Shown here: one piece after another, positions 1 through 12,975 of the stretch
Layout of the letters: every line of letters starts with the position of its first letter
Position numbering within the stretch: the stretch's first letter is position 1
DNA from: Cycas panzhihuaensis
Lineage: Eukaryota; Plantae; Cycadophyta
Assembly (NCBI GenBank): GCA_023213395.1
Contig: CM041465.1
Span: forward strand, 223,207,741-223,271,740
Reading direction: 5' to 3'
Length of the DNA: 64,000 bases
Position numbers and translations under genes: made by a program
Notes under the pieces: generated by a model
Seen by the model: only the letters and a program-made list of their open reading frames with translations
What the model was told of the DNA's origin: nothing
The model's database searches: none

Positions 1-3000
1 ATGTCTTTCCTTGTACTTTTGTTGAGTCCTTAGAAGTTGATCATGTACTTCTTTGTGGACTCTCTGGATCTTCTCCAAGTATCTTAAAGCCTTGTCATGC
101 TCCTCCTTCTCTTTGATGGATCCTTCCTTAGCTTGCATGGAAAACTCTAAGTCAAATGGACTTTGAGGCAAGTATCCCAAACAAACTTCAAAAGGTGCTT
201 TAGAGTGTGATGCATGCATTGCCCTATTAAATGCAAATTGTAGAAAAGCCAATGATTCATCCCAAGTCTTTGGATGCTTGGAATTGTATCCCCTCAATAA
301 ATGTACCAAAGTTCTGTTCACTACTTCGGTTTGTCCATCTGTTTGAGGATAGAAACTTGTACTCCTCTTCAATTTGGTATCCATCATCTCCCATAGTGTC
401 TTCCAAAATGATGAAAGGAATTGAGTGTCTCGATCTGAAATGATGGAAGAAGGCAAGCCAAAATTCTTCCATACATGCCCAAAGAATAACTCAACTGCTC
501 CTGTTCCTGTGATTGTCTTCTTACAAGGTATTAGACATATCATTTTACTAAACCTATCTACAACAACAAAGAGATAATCATGTCCCTTCCTAGTCATGGG
601 AAGTCCCCCTAAGAAATCAGTGGAGATACTTTCCCAAGGTCTAGTGGGAATAGGAAGTGGTGTATACAATCCTAATTTTCTAGAAGAAGGCTTAGAAGTA
701 TTACACATTACACATCCTTTTACATATTTTTTTACATCATTTTGCATTTTTGGCCATACAACATATCTTCTCAAGTTTGCTAAAGTCTTCTCTATACCAA
801 AGTGACCAGCTACTTTAGAAGTATGGGCTTCTCTAAGCCACTTGATCTTGTCTCCTTTTGATGGAACATAGAGCTGCTCCCCTTTAAAAACTAGACCATC
901 CTTCCAAGCAAGCTGGGAAGGTCTTCCTTTCGCTAGGTTCTCTAATTCTTCCTTCAAAGCTTCATCTTCATGGTACAAGTCTTTGTACTCTTCATGATGC
1001 ATTGGCTCCACCTGCAAACTCATAAGAGAAATACAAACAAAAGTAGAAGAAGAAGTGGAACAAGGTGGTCTAGATAACATATCAGCAATTTTGTTAATAG
1101 ATCCCTTTCTGTACTTAATTACAATATTGAATTGTTGTAAATAACTCATCCACTTCATGTGTCTTGCTTGCTGTAATTTACTTTGGGTTTGTAAAAATTG
1201 AAGAGGCTTATGATCGGTATGAACTACAACCTCTTTTCCAAGTAAGTAGGACCTCCAATGCTTGCATGCTTGATGTAGTGCGAACATTTCTCGATCATAT
1301 GTTGGGTAGTTTTTCACTTGAGGGGTGAAGACTTCCGAATGGTAAGCAATAGGCTTCCCATCTTGAATAAGGACAACTCCCATCGCATTTCCACTTGCAT
1401 CAGCTTCTACTTCAAAAGGCCTTTGCAAATTTGGCATTACCAAAACCGGTGCTTCACAAATTTTCTTTTTTAAAAGAAGAAAAGCTTCTTCCTCCTTGGA
1501 ACCCCAAGTAAACCTTTTACTAACTTTTGTCAATCCATGTAAAGGTGCTGCAACCTGTGAGAAATGAAGAATAAACTTTCTCAAGTATTGACAAGCTCCT
1601 AAAATACTTCTCACCTCTGTGGTGTTTGTTGGCCTAGGCCATTTGAGGATGGCTTGAGTCTTGAGTGGATCAATGCTCAACTTTCCTCCTCCAACCACAA
1701 AGCCTAAGAAGACCAAGTTCTCCTTGCCAAATTCATACTTCTTCACATTAAGCTTCAAATGATGCTTAGCCATAGTCTTTAAAACTTCTTCTATTTGCTG
1801 CAAATGTTCCTCCCATGTGTTGCTGAAAATCAAAATGTCATCAAGATAGACAACAACAAAATTATCCAAGTAAGGCCTTAACATTTCATTCATTAGCCTC
1901 ATGAATGTTGCAGGAGCATTACACAATCTGAAAGGCATAACCATCCATTCAAAGAGTCCTTGCTTTGTTTTGAAGGCCGTCTTCCATGTGTCCTCCTCTT
2001 TGACCCTGACTTGGTGATAACCACTTTTCAAATCCAACTTAGTAAAATAACAAGCATGTTGAATTTGATCAAGCAAATCATCTATGCGAGGCAAAGGGTA
2101 GCGATTTTTAATTGTAATTTTATTCAAAGCACGAAAGTCTATACACATTCTCCATCCTCCATCCTTCTTAGGCACCAAGACAATTGGTGATCCACAAGGT
2201 GAACATGAAGGTCTTATGACCCCTTGATCAAGTAACTCCTCAACTTGCCTCTTTATCTCATTATTCTCTACAATGGAGTGCCTATATAAAGCAACATTAG
2301 GCAATGGTGCATCTCCTACAAGAGTGATTTCATGCTCTATCTTTCTCTTTGGTGGTAGCCCATCAACATGTTGAAATAGAATGTCATACCTTGTGTTTAA
2401 CTCCTCAATTTGTTGCATTTGTTTAGGTGATATAAGAAGAGTGTGAGTAGAAGGAACTTCTTCATCTCTTGGCTCCTCTTTTCTCCTTACCATTAAGATG
2501 ATGAATTTACCACATGCATTGATCATCCTTTTTGCTTGAGTGGTTGAAATTAATGTTATCTTATCCAAGTGCTTCTTTGTGGCCTTTATGATGAAGCCCT
2601 TGTGATCCTTCATCAACCGAGACTTTCTCTCCCTTCGATAGAAGAGTGCATCTCGATCCCACAAGTAGGGACTCCCAAGCACAACATGGCATACATCTAA
2701 TGGTACCACATCACATATCACTTCATCAACAAAAACATTAGTGATGGAAAATTTAAGTGTACATTGCTTTGATATTTGCATTTCCACATCTTTATGGATC
2801 CAACCAAGAGGATATGGGTGAGGGTGAGGAGTAGTTACCAACCCAAGGCTCTTTACCAAACTTTCTGAGATCAAATTCTTTTGGTTCCCTGGATCTATAA
2901 TGGCACCAATAATATTATTTCCTACTTGAAGCTTCAAGTGAAATAGTTCCTCCCTTGTAGCATCATCTCCATAATTTGTAAGTAGAGTAACCTTCTCTTC

Positions 3001-4080
3001 TTCTCCTTCACTTTGAATCTCCACCTCAGAAAGTAGTGCTTTCCCTTTTTCCTTCTTTCTTAATTCCATATCCTTGATATGCTTTGGCTTTAGCTCTGGA
3101 TGCAACTTCCAACACTTTGCTGCAATATGACCACTAATATCACAATGCTCACAATAGTTAGAACTTTTAACAAAATTAATTCTTTTCTTCTTTCCTTCTT
3201 GCCTTTTAGATGAGTGTAATTTAGGATTCTTTTCATACTTATTAGAAGTAAAAGTAGAATCTTTAGACATGAATGTAGGTTTCTTGCTTTTACTTTCTAT
3301 TGCCATAGCCATTTTACTTGCTTCTCCAATGGATTGAACCTTAAAAAGCCTTAGTTCCTTCCTTATGTATTCATGTAATCCTCCAATGAATTTCATAAGA
3401 GTGATATGTTCATCCATATTAATCCCAAGTAGCATGCCATGCCTAAAAAATAAAGAAGTATAGTCTTGGACACATACACCTCTCCCTTGGCGTAAGTCTT
3501 CCTCATGACCTATGGGGTAGTATTGCTTATTTATTATTTTCTTAAAATCCATCCATGAAAAAGAAGATACATCATGAGTATTCAAATATGCATTCCACCA
3601 TGTCAATGCGTGTTTACACAACTTGAGCCTAGCAAATGAAAGCTTTTGAGCATTACTATAAGCATAAATTGTGAAGTAGGTTTCAAGTTGATCCAACCAA
3701 TGCTCCAACTTTTTAGCATTTACCTCTCCATCATAAGTTGGAATATCCAACTTTGCCTCCACCTTGAAGGGTTGATGAGATGAAGTACCCTTGCTTTCTT
3801 CAAATGAGTGCTTTAAGGTCTCCTTCTCTTCCTCTTCATGGTTGTGGTCATATGTGGATCCTCCTTCAACTTCCTTCTCTTTGCCTTTACGCTTGACTAG
3901 ATGTAGAAGTCGGGTCATCATTTGCATCAAGACTTCTACGTTCTTCTCAAGCTTCTCAAATCTAATTTCTTCATCTTCTTTTTCAACCATGGTGCTTGGA
4001 TTCTTTCTTTGTCTTCTTGGTGATTGCAACACAAGAAAAGCTTCACCTTTCTCTTTGTATCCTTTCCTTGTTTGTACCAT
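1..4080 (-). CDS. Gag-Pol polyprotein, open to the window edge (>=1360 codons)
   Basis: Manual reading found no stop from ATG 4080 (or 3990) to base 1. Motifs: zinc knuckle CEHCDISGHIAAKC, protease IIDPGNQKNLI, RT VVVYLDDILIFS, RNase H EADASG, integrase GHFG..C..C and FVVVDRFSKM. Confidence 0.9.
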   Translation of the reverse strand, partial: MVQTRKGYKEKGEAFLVLQSPRRQRKNPSTMVEKEDEEIRFEKLEKNVEVLMQMMTRLLHLVKRKGKEKEVEGGSTYDHNHEEEEKETLKHSFEESKGTSSHQPFKVEAKLDIPTYDGEVNAKKLEHWLDQLETYFTIYAYSNAQKLSFARLKLCKHALTWWNAYLNTHDVSSFSWMDFKKIINKQYYPIGHEEDLRQGRGVCVQDYTSLFFRHGMLLGINMDEHITLMKFIGGLHEYIRKELRLFKVQSIGEASKMAMAIESKSKKPTFMSKDSTFTSNKYEKNPKLHSSKRQEGKKKRINFVKSSNYCEHCDISGHIAAKCWKLHPELKPKHIKDMELRKKEKGKALLSEVEIQSEGEEEKVTLLTNYGDDATREELFHLKLQVGNNIIGAIIDPGNQKNLISESLVKSLGLVTTPHPHPYPLGWIHKDVEMQISKQCTLKFSITNVFVDEVICDVVPLDVCHVVLGSPYLWDRDALFYRRERKSRLMKDHKGFIIKATKKHLDKITLISTTQAKRMINACGKFIILMVRRKEEPRDEEVPSTHTLLISPKQMQQIEELNTRYDILFQHVDGLPPKRKIEHEITLVGDAPLPNVALYRHSIVENNEIKRQVEELLDQGVIRPSCSPCGSPIVLVPKKDGGWRMCIDFRALNKITIKNRYPLPRIDDLLDQIQHACYFTKLDLKSGYHQVRVKEEDTWKTAFKTKQGLFEWMVMPFRLCNAPATFMRLMNEMLRPYLDNFVVVYLDDILIFSNTWEEHLQQIEEVLKTMAKHHLKLNVKKYEFGKENLVFLGFVVGGGKLSIDPLKTQAILKWPRPTNTTEVRSILGACQYLRKFILHFSQVAAPLHGLTKVSKRFTWGSKEEEAFLLLKKKICEAPVLVMPNLQRPFEVEADASGNAMGVVLIQDGKPIAYHSEVFTPQVKNYPTYDREMFALHQACKHWRSYLLGKEVVVHTDHKPLQFLQTQSKLQQARHMKWMSYLQQFNIVIKYRKGSINKIADMLSRPPCSTSSSTFVCISLMSLQVEPMHHEEYKDLYHEDEALKEELENLAKGRPSQLAWKDGLVFKGEQLYVPSKGDKIKWLREAHTSKVAGHFGIEKTLANLRRYVVWPKMQNDVKKYVKGCVMCNTSKPSSRKLGLYTPLPIPTRPWESISTDFLGGLPMTRKGHDYLFVVVDRFSKMICLIPCKKTITGTGAVELFFGHVWKNFGLPSSIISDRDTQFLSSFWKTLWEMMDTKLKRSTSFYPQTDGQTEVVNRTLVHLLRGYNSKHPKTWDESLAFLQFAFNRAMHASHSKAPFEVCLGYLPQSPFDLEFSMQAKEGSIKEKEEHDKALRYLEKIQRVHKEVHDQLLRTQQKYKERH

Positions 4081-4123
4081 TCAAGTCCCTACAACAAAGA
4101 TCACATGCTCTGATACCAAAATA

Positions 4124-5028
4124 TGATCCCAAAATGGAGCTTAATTGGTGAAGAAGTCAATTATCAACCTTTCTCCTTGAGATCCTGGGAGTTAGTGTAG
4201 AAATCCCAATAACATCAAAACAAGAATGAGCCCACAAAAGGAAATTCTACACCAAATCATTTATACTTGCCATTGATCCAAAAGTATGAAGAGTAATACT
4301 TTTATTAAACTATAAAAATCTCCATTTAATGGTGGAGAAAACAACTAGCAAACGAATGGTCAAATTACAAGGAATACATGATACAATTATACCATAAAGG
4401 GGACTAGAACCCTCCAAAATGCTTCTCCAAGGATGCTTCCCAAGTCAAGTGCCTTTCACCTTCAAGAACCAAGTCTCCAACCCGTAAGAGGGTGCAATTT
4501 ATAGAAAGAAACCCAAATTGCATGTTTAACAAGTGGCAATCATGCAAGTATAACCACTAACAACTAGAATGCATGTTGTCCAAGTGGCCTTCATGCAATT
4601 CTTAAAAGTTACGGCTTGTAACTAGGCATAACGAACTCCAATTCGGCTCAAATTTGGTACACGTATAGGAACACATGTCCCCTTCGCTTCCTCAAAATTT
4701 TAGCTCATTTGGATGTCATTTGACCATATTTTCATTGATTTAATGATAGTATGTATTTGCTGTTTTTTTGCTGGTTTTGGGATCAATTTTCTGCAAAACA
4801 AGGCTTGAAATCTAATCAAAATGATATTTTCTGAACTCCACCTTTTGTACACATGTAGTGGGATGTGTCTTCTTCCTTTCCACAAAATTTCATATAAGTT
4901 TTATACCATTTGGCCATATCTCTTTCAGTTATGCCAATGCCTAGCTTTTTCTGTATCCTATAGACATATGGTAGATCCTCCTAGCATTTTTTGCCTCTTG
5001 TAAACATATGGTAGATCCTCCTGGATCA
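4124..5028 (-). repeat. 5' LTR (905 bp) of the CRM-like element
   Basis: TGATCC/GGATCA termini, adjacent to the PBS; internal duplication of ACATATGGTAGATCCTCCT at 4964 and 5004. Confidence 0.85.
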
Positions 5029-8000
5029 GGAAGACAATCTTGAAGGCTATTAGTTCCTCCCTCATAACTAGAATGCAGATGGCGATGATGATGCTACATA
5101 CGAAAGCGTTGTAATGGGTGAGCACATTAAGCAAAAGAACTGCTCTCATGTGGTGGAAATAATAGTAGATTGAGGTAGGGATAGTGTTGCATTGCATTCC
5201 TTAGGTCAAGGGGCATATTTAGGAGAGGGACATCAATAGTCAGTTTATTTCTTTCTGTAGCATTTCTTTGGAAGACTTTTCTTTGTGCAAAGATGATAAA
5301 AAAATGGCAACATGTACAATGGAGTTCACCAACAATAAAGTCCTGCAAGTTGGGGCGACGTATTCAGACAAAGAGTGAGATCACATACATCAAGTATTAG
5401 AGCAATACTTGGATGTGTTTTCATGGACATATGAGGACCTAAAAGGAATAAGCCCTAAATTGTGTTAGCATTACATTTTCACTGAAAACAACCACCGATT
5501 GATCGGGTAGCCTCAAAGATGACTCAATTTGACGATGCGCTAGATCATGAAGAAGGACTTGGAAAAACTCTTGAATTTTGTACTCATCTATCCAATCTCC
5601 AAAAGGATTTCAAAGAAAAGCGGTAAGTGAAGTATCTGTGTTGACTATCATGAGTTGAATAAAGCCACTCAAAGGGATTATTTCCCAATACCTTTCATTA
5701 ATCAAGTGCTTGACAAGTTGGTGGGATTAAATTACTTCTCATTCCTTGATGCATTCTTGCGGTGCAATTAGATGGTGATCACATTGGAGCACCAAGTCAA
5801 GATGACATTTACTTGTCCATGGGGTACATATGCATATAAGGTATTACCTTTCGGATTATGCAATGCACCTACCACATTTCAAAGAGCTTTCATAGGAATT
5901 TTCTTAGAATATATCAATGATTTTGTAGAAGTTTACATGGATGACTTCTCGATATATGTTGACACACTTGATGAGGCCTTGTATAGATTGGAGAAAGTGT
6001 TTTTTGAGATGTAGGGAAACTAACCCTTGCCTTGACAACTATAAAACCAGATTGATCATTCAAAAGAGCATAGTCCTTAGACATGTGGTCTTAGAGTAAG
6101 GAATTCAAGTTGATACATAGAAGATTTGAGTGATTAAATGGTTGGAGACACCCCAAAAGTTGAAGAATGTCTAGAGTTTTCTCAATCATGCATGTTATTG
6201 TCATTTTATTCAAAATTTCAACAAGATTGCGACCCCTTTGCATCAACTACTATAGAAGGACAATGTGTTTCAATGGATCAAGGAGTGAAACATTGCATTT
6301 CAGATTTTGAAGAAGAAACTTGTCAAAGCACCAGTGTTGTAAGGACTAGATTGGACAAAACCATTTCATATTTATATTGATGTAGCACATCATTGGGAAC
6401 AATGTTGGCACAAAAACAAGAGCTTAAGGAGTATACCATTTACTATGCAAGCAAGAGTCTTTATAGTATTGAAAGAATTTTAGTGGTAATTTTTGCGATG
6501 AACATGATTAGGCACATTATATTTTTGGCTTTTAGTGTATTGTCCATATTAACCATTTTGCCATTTGATATTTGATGAACAAGGCAATTGATAATCCACA
6601 CATCATCGGATAGTTGTTGTTGTTACAAGAGTTCAATATCGAAATTGTTGACAAGCCAGGTAAGCTGAATGTAGTTGCAGATCATTTATCTTGATTGACA
6701 ATTGTACCAAAGGAAGATGGACTATGCCAATACAAGTTCCCAAATGAACATTTGTTTGCAATGATGACCTATACACCCTAGTTTGCAGATATTGCAAATT
6801 ATGTAGTCGCAGGGTTGATGCTTGAGCACTTTTTGGCAAAGGAGAGAAGAAGATTGATAAAGAATAGTGTTGGCTACACCTAGATTGAAGGTAACTTGTA
6901 CAAGGCTAGTTTTGATAGCATATTTCGTAGATGTTTGTGTGCAAACAAGTTCTTTGAAGTACTCAAAGTTGTGCATAGCGAGCCATGTGGAGGACACTTC
7001 GTAGCAAAAAGGACAATGTACAAAATTCTAGCAATGCAATATTTTTGACCTTCAATCCATGGGGATGTAAAGAAATTTGTGTCAAGTTATGGTGCTTGCC
7101 AAAGAATGGGGAAACCATCCAAGTCTTCATCAATGCTATTGCATCCGGTTGTTGCTATTGAAGCCTTCAGAAAGTAGGGTATTGATTTTGTTGCCATCGA
7201 ATCCAACATCTCACAAAGGGCATAAACACATACTTGTTTATACAAACTATGTGACTAAATGGGTTGAGGTAAGATCCTTCAGAGAAAATAATTCAAAGAA
7301 TGTTGCTATATTCTTGTATGAAAAGATTTTCACAAGGTGTGGAGCACCAAGGGAGCTAGTTAGTGACGAGGGTATTCCATCCTTAAATCAGGTAATTGAG
7401 GGTCTCCTTGAAGAATACATGATTAGGCATAGAAAATCTACTCCATATTACCCTTAGGCCACTGAATAGGTAGAAGTCACTAATAGAGAGTTTAAGTGAA
7501 TCATTATAAAGATAGTTCAGTTGCATAGGGAAGCTTGGGGTGAGAGGTTACCAGAAGTTGTTTGAGCCTATCAAATCACTTGGAAGATGACAACAGGCTT
7601 CAACCCATTCGAGTTGGTCTATGGGAAGCATGCTATCATGCCCATTGAATTAGAAATCAAAACATTGAGGACAAGAAGTCAGATGAACATTTCTTTGTTA
7701 GAAGCTCAACAACAGCTAATACACGACATCAACGAGTTGGATGAAATACTAGAGGCGGCATGCCAAAGAACACGAATTATTAAGGCACAATGGAAGCATT
7801 GACATGACAAGTTTGTTCGATAAAAGGAATTCAAGGTAGGGAATTGGGCCTTGTTATTCGATTCATGATATAATGATTTTCCAAAAAAGTTCTAGATATT
7901 TGGGACCTTACAAGATTATCCAAGTGTTCGAGAATGGAGTAGTAAAGTTGCAATGCATCAATGATTCCATGCAACAATTGTTTGCCAATGGATATTATAT

Positions 8001-11000
8001 AACGAGTTTAGCAGTATTTTGTAGTAGTAAGCTAATTTGCAACTTGTATAGGTACCTTCTTAGTCTCTGTAGTATGATGGCAAGTAGTTCGGCGTCATAT
8101 GTATGGAAAGGAAACAAGGAAAAAAAAAAGAGAAAAACATTAAAAAAAAGGGAGAGAGAAAAAAATACAAAATGTGTGAAGGACAAGTACTCAGTAGTTA
8201 GATTTTAACTTAGTGCTATTTTCTATTTTTCTCTTAGGAGGTTAGGATAGGAACATGACATTCTACCCACTGGTGCACTTGAAGGTAACTATTAATAAAA
8301 TTGGGCTAGCACGATGATAATTGTGTTGCACATATATATTACTATGCTGTCTACCAAAAACAATGTAATTTTTCTTTTGTCTCTTACATAGAAAACACTA
8401 TGCATGTTTACCCTTTGTTGTACAAGAAGGTAACCTGCACAATGTTGTGTTAGCCACATACAATAGCAATAATCATTAACAAATCAACAACAATCACTGA
8501 AGACTTAACAACGATGATCATCAACAATTTATTAGCAGTCATAAGGCCTTTAGACGATTAAATGAAGATTGAATTATAATCATACAATTAAGCCAAATTG
8601 AAATACTTCAAGTTTTAGTGGGAGGGAAAGGTTGATTTCGACTAACGATTTTAGTTGGTTGTGGCTGACATTGGCCACATTAGACTTAGACAGAAAGAGT
8701 TGAATTAGCAATGAGAATGAATTAATTTGACACTTGGAGGTGCCAACTTCAGTAGGGGGGGAGATGGCATTCTCCATCATAAGAAATGGCATTATCACCA
8801 TAAGGTGGCACTCATAGGAAATGACATTGTCATCATGACAAGTAGGGAAAAAATAAAGATGTTGGAAAAAAGGTTGATTTGATTAAATGGTTGGAATTTG
8901 ATTTGATTTAATAGTTGCATTAAGTGTTTACCCTCTCGAAAGGAGGGGAAATCTTGATCTTTGAATGTAAAAGGAAAGACGGGAACAATGCAACAAGGGA
9001 GAATGATGTAGTATTCACAAATGCAAGGTAGTGCAGAGGAGCGAAGGAAAAAATTTGAAGACACAAACATACGTAACATTCTTGAACGCAGAGTATTGTG
9101 GAGGAAATTCAAGGCTGTAGACAGGCAAAGATGGTTGAGAAGATCTAGAAATCAAACCAGGAAAAGAACAAGTAGGGACCAAAGTAGAATCGACCAAACA
9201 ATAAAAGAGAGGCTAGTAGCATTGAACAAACAAAAATGGCTATAGTAGAATCATTGCAAGTAGGGGAAGAAAGCAAAAGAAAGGGGGTACAAGAAGACTT
9301 AGCAGTCTAAAAGAAGGTAGCCATTTTAGGAGGAAGATGTGTTTTAAGAAGGGTTTGACCAAAAGATTAGAAGAGGATTTTATCAATGAGGAGAGAACAT
9401 GAGTCCAGGGGCATGATCAACAAGGATCTAGTGCTGTAACCCGTAGTAAAGAATTTTCCCTTTATGCTATTGGAGGCACCCATATTACAATTCGAAGGAA
9501 ATAAGCAGCTTTGTGAGGAGTTTTGAAGTTGAAAAAGTGAAGATGCAAGAGAAGGTAGTCAAATTTATTCCAATGTTGATGGGGCAAGCACTAGACATTC
9601 CAGAAGAAGGTGAAAGTGGACAAATAAAGGTATGAAAGAGGAATTTTTAAAATTGTTGTCAAGTTTTGTTGAGAAAGAAAAATTAAAAGGGATTAGTTCC
9701 CAAGAAGGGTTTCCTCCCATTGAGTTAGCACAACCTTGGAGGAGTCTTGCCTATATCATCTCTAGACACATATTTGTTAGACAACACCCTTCTTATTTGT
9801 ATGCCTTGCATTTACAGATCCTACATTGTTAGGTAGGTAAGTAAATAATCTCTTTCTTCTTCATTCTATGGTCTCAAAAAACATTGAAGCATGGGTTGCT
9901 TCAACAAATCCCCAAATTGTCACCATTCCACATCTGACATTAATCCAACGGCTTGTGAGCTTCATAAAGAAGGATAAAAGCCTCAGAAAAGAGGCCGAAT
10001 TATTGCGGGAGGCCTCTTACTAAGCATTGCAAAAGGAGAATGTAAAACAAAGAGAGGAAATGGCAAAAGTGCAACAAGAATTTAATGGCCTTCGCAAGCA
10101 AATGAAGGTAAAGGAGGATGACTTAATTGCAACCTGCAAGATGATAAAGGACCAAGATGAAATATTAACAAAAGTCTAGAAAGGGAAGCCAAAGAAAATG
10201 CAAGCTCTTGTTTTCAAGCAGGGCAAAGAACGTGATAGAGGATAGAGAACATGTTTCACATATAGTTCTTCAATTCGTGGCCTTGATGCAAGATTGCAGA
10301 CTGCCTCCGCATACTTACAACTTTATGTATTTGGAAAGAACAATAAAATTAAGCTTGAGATCCTTCGAAACCACTTGCTCCATTGTTAATAAGTCTTGGG
10401 ATTCTTTATTGAATATTTGGGAAATTTGTGATGAGGAGGATTGTGATTTGTTAGTTGAAATGTTTTTGGGAGGAGATTTCCATGGTCCCAAAGATGGAAA
10501 TCCAAACATTCTATTTGGGAATGTATATTTGAGAGCTGTAAGGTCTGCATGGAGGGAAGAAATCAGAAGACAAGAGTTTGGTGGATCATGGCAAGAAAGA
10601 AGACCAAGTACCTTAGAGGTCGAGATCAAATCCAGGGAATGGTGATAAGGAGCAACAACAAATGTATGCCAACAACTAGCAACTAGCAATAAATTCTCCA
10701 CAACTGGGCATAGAACAAGCAACAGATGTGGGACAATATGGAGAAAGTAGTGAAAATTAGGATTAGGGTCTTGTTGGGGGCCTCAGATTTGAAAGATCCT
10801 TATGGATTGGAAACATACTCTTTAGCCATGACTCGGGAAAATGAATTGGTTCATTGGATGGGGAAGTTTCTGACCTAGTGGATTGGCATGATGTATCAAC
10901 CACCTATTTTGTGTGCACCTTTTTATCCTGATGCTTCATGGTTTGATGTTGATGAAGATTGGTTGGGTGAGCCGATTCTAGAATGGGAAACAAAATCTAA

Positions 11001-11300
11001 ACACAAGGTGGATCTTCACAAGGAATTCTAGACAAGTACTGGTCAACAGAATCCTAGGAAGCAACATTCTCAAGAAGCTAAAGGAAAACAAAAAATGATT
11101 TGGACGTCTAGGACAGATGCAAGACAGTAGGGGAGAAAATGGTGAGCCTTTGAGAGGGCTCCATTTCCTACCCATTTTGTACTTGCTTTTGTTCCATTGT
11201 TGATATAATCTATCTTGTATTGGCTTGAAATGCCTCAAATCTGATGTAATTATGGGACAATGGCTGGACATAATCCAATATCTCCTTTTGAACCATTTTA
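5029..11300 (+). mobile_element. Degraded non-chromoviral Ty3/Gypsy element (Athila/Tat-like): pol plus a 3' additional-ORF remnant; boundaries uncertain
   Basis: RT PFGLCNAP and VYMDDF (5772-6014), RNase H remnants, integrase YVTKWVE and STPYYP (7077-7800), many stops. Downstream decayed ORF at ~8600-10900 includes LAQPWRSLAYIISRH. Confidence 0.8.
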
Positions 11301-12516
11301 GGGTGATTTGTTAAGTTTTAGAGTCAAATTATGAGTCATTGGAGTTACTTTGTAGATACTTGCACCTGGCGGTGAAGGTAGCCCTTACCTTCGCCTATCG
11401 ACGAAGGTAATAACTGTCTTCACATTGAGGCAAAGGTAAAGTCTTCTTTTATTTTGGGCAAAGTATTAAAGTCAATTGCCACTTAAACAAAATGGTTAGG
11501 TGGTAGTTATTAGTTGGTTGATATTCCAAGCTATTTGGCAACTAGTCAACACTTGTATTCATATGATTTTTTCATATGAATAAAGAACAGAGAAAGATTT
11601 GTTCGTCTCCAAGGGTTAGCTTGTGACTAGGTCACAAATAGTCCCCCGAACTTGTTAATTCAGGAAAAGGGTGGTACGTTGTGCAACTTGCATGTATTAG
11701 CACATGACTTGGGTTTCCTTCATTAGAGTAGGGTCTGTTTTGCATATTTTGATCTTGTCAAATTGTTTGTATGACTAGAAGGAAGTGGTGACATGGTTGT
11801 GGGGCTTGGAACCACTTGAAGGCAATTTGATCAAATAGTTAGGTAATTCATCCTTGCATTTAGGATTCAATTATTGTGAATATATATTGTATTCTGCCAT
11901 TCAAAGTCTATGTTCTTTGGTTTGACACTATAGGATTCCAAGATTTTTGTGCACACCTTGGAAAACACCCATCAATAGGCACAACTAATATCCTCATAAT
12001 AGAATTCTTCTTTTATTTTTCTCACCTTGCATCTAGTGTCTCATAATATAGAGAGGCCATATGTAACTAAAATAATGTAGGGGAAAGTTTTCATTTTTCG
12101 GAGGCAAAGCATTTATTCCACCTTTCTTTTATGTGCTTCCAAGAATTAGTTGGTGGCCTTTCCGCTAATTCAGTTTATGTTCAATGCTTGCTTGCCATAT
12201 ATATTCTTAGTCCTAGGGGCAAACTAATCTTGTGGATGCTTGTTTCTTATATTAATTCTAAATACAACTATTTGGACCCAATGTTTGTATCGTAATCTCT
12301 CCTATTCTTTATTGTTTTTTCTTATTTTTAATGTGAAAGAGTAAGATGTTTTAAGGGTCTTGCTACAATTTCTTTATTCTCTCTATATTTTCTTCAAAAA
12401 TTTCAATAGTTTCTTTCCCCTTATTCTTGTCAATAGTTTTAGAATTCTCTTTTTCTTTCTTGAAGTAATAGTTGAGGTGAAGGCTTATTGGCTTGCTCTC
12501 AATCTTTGCATACTCT

Positions 12517-12880
12517 TGTTAAGATTTTAACATGGAGAACATTCAACCATAAGAACAATATCAACAAACAGAGATCAGCACAATATAATCAGAATGTATT
12601 AATATACCGAAAGCACCAAAGACTCAATGTGAGCCTTGATGATGTGATTTGTTTACATACTACCTCAACCACCTTTATATACCAAAGAGGTGGGAGACTA
12701 AACATCCCAAGTGGTGCATGTGGGACAAATACCTTTGTCCTGACTAATATCATTATACCACAAACTTGACCAATAAACTTATATCCTTTTACATAGTATT
12801 ATAATGACCTTTTGACCCTAAGACTTAGGACTATCACTTATTATCCTAGGACCCACATACATTAAACATTATTTCTAACA
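12517..12880 (-). repeat. 3' LTR (364 bp)
   Basis: Direct repeat of 17459-17827; preceded by the PPT on the minus strand. Confidence 0.95.
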
Positions 12881-12975
12881 CCTCCCCTTAATGTTTAGTG
12901 TTTGAACTAAGGACAATTTGACATGAATAGACATTAAAGACTACATGACAAGACTGATATGACTATCAACAGACT

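Larger units (their letters stand above)
1..5028 (-). mobile_element. Ty3/Gypsy LTR retrotransposon, CRM-like chromovirus; 3' part runs off the left edge
   Basis: 5' LTR 4124-5028 with TGATCC...GGATCA inverted termini; PBS TGGTATCAGAGCA (tRNA-iMet) at 4118-4106; gag-PR-RT-RH-INT domain order. Confidence 0.93.
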
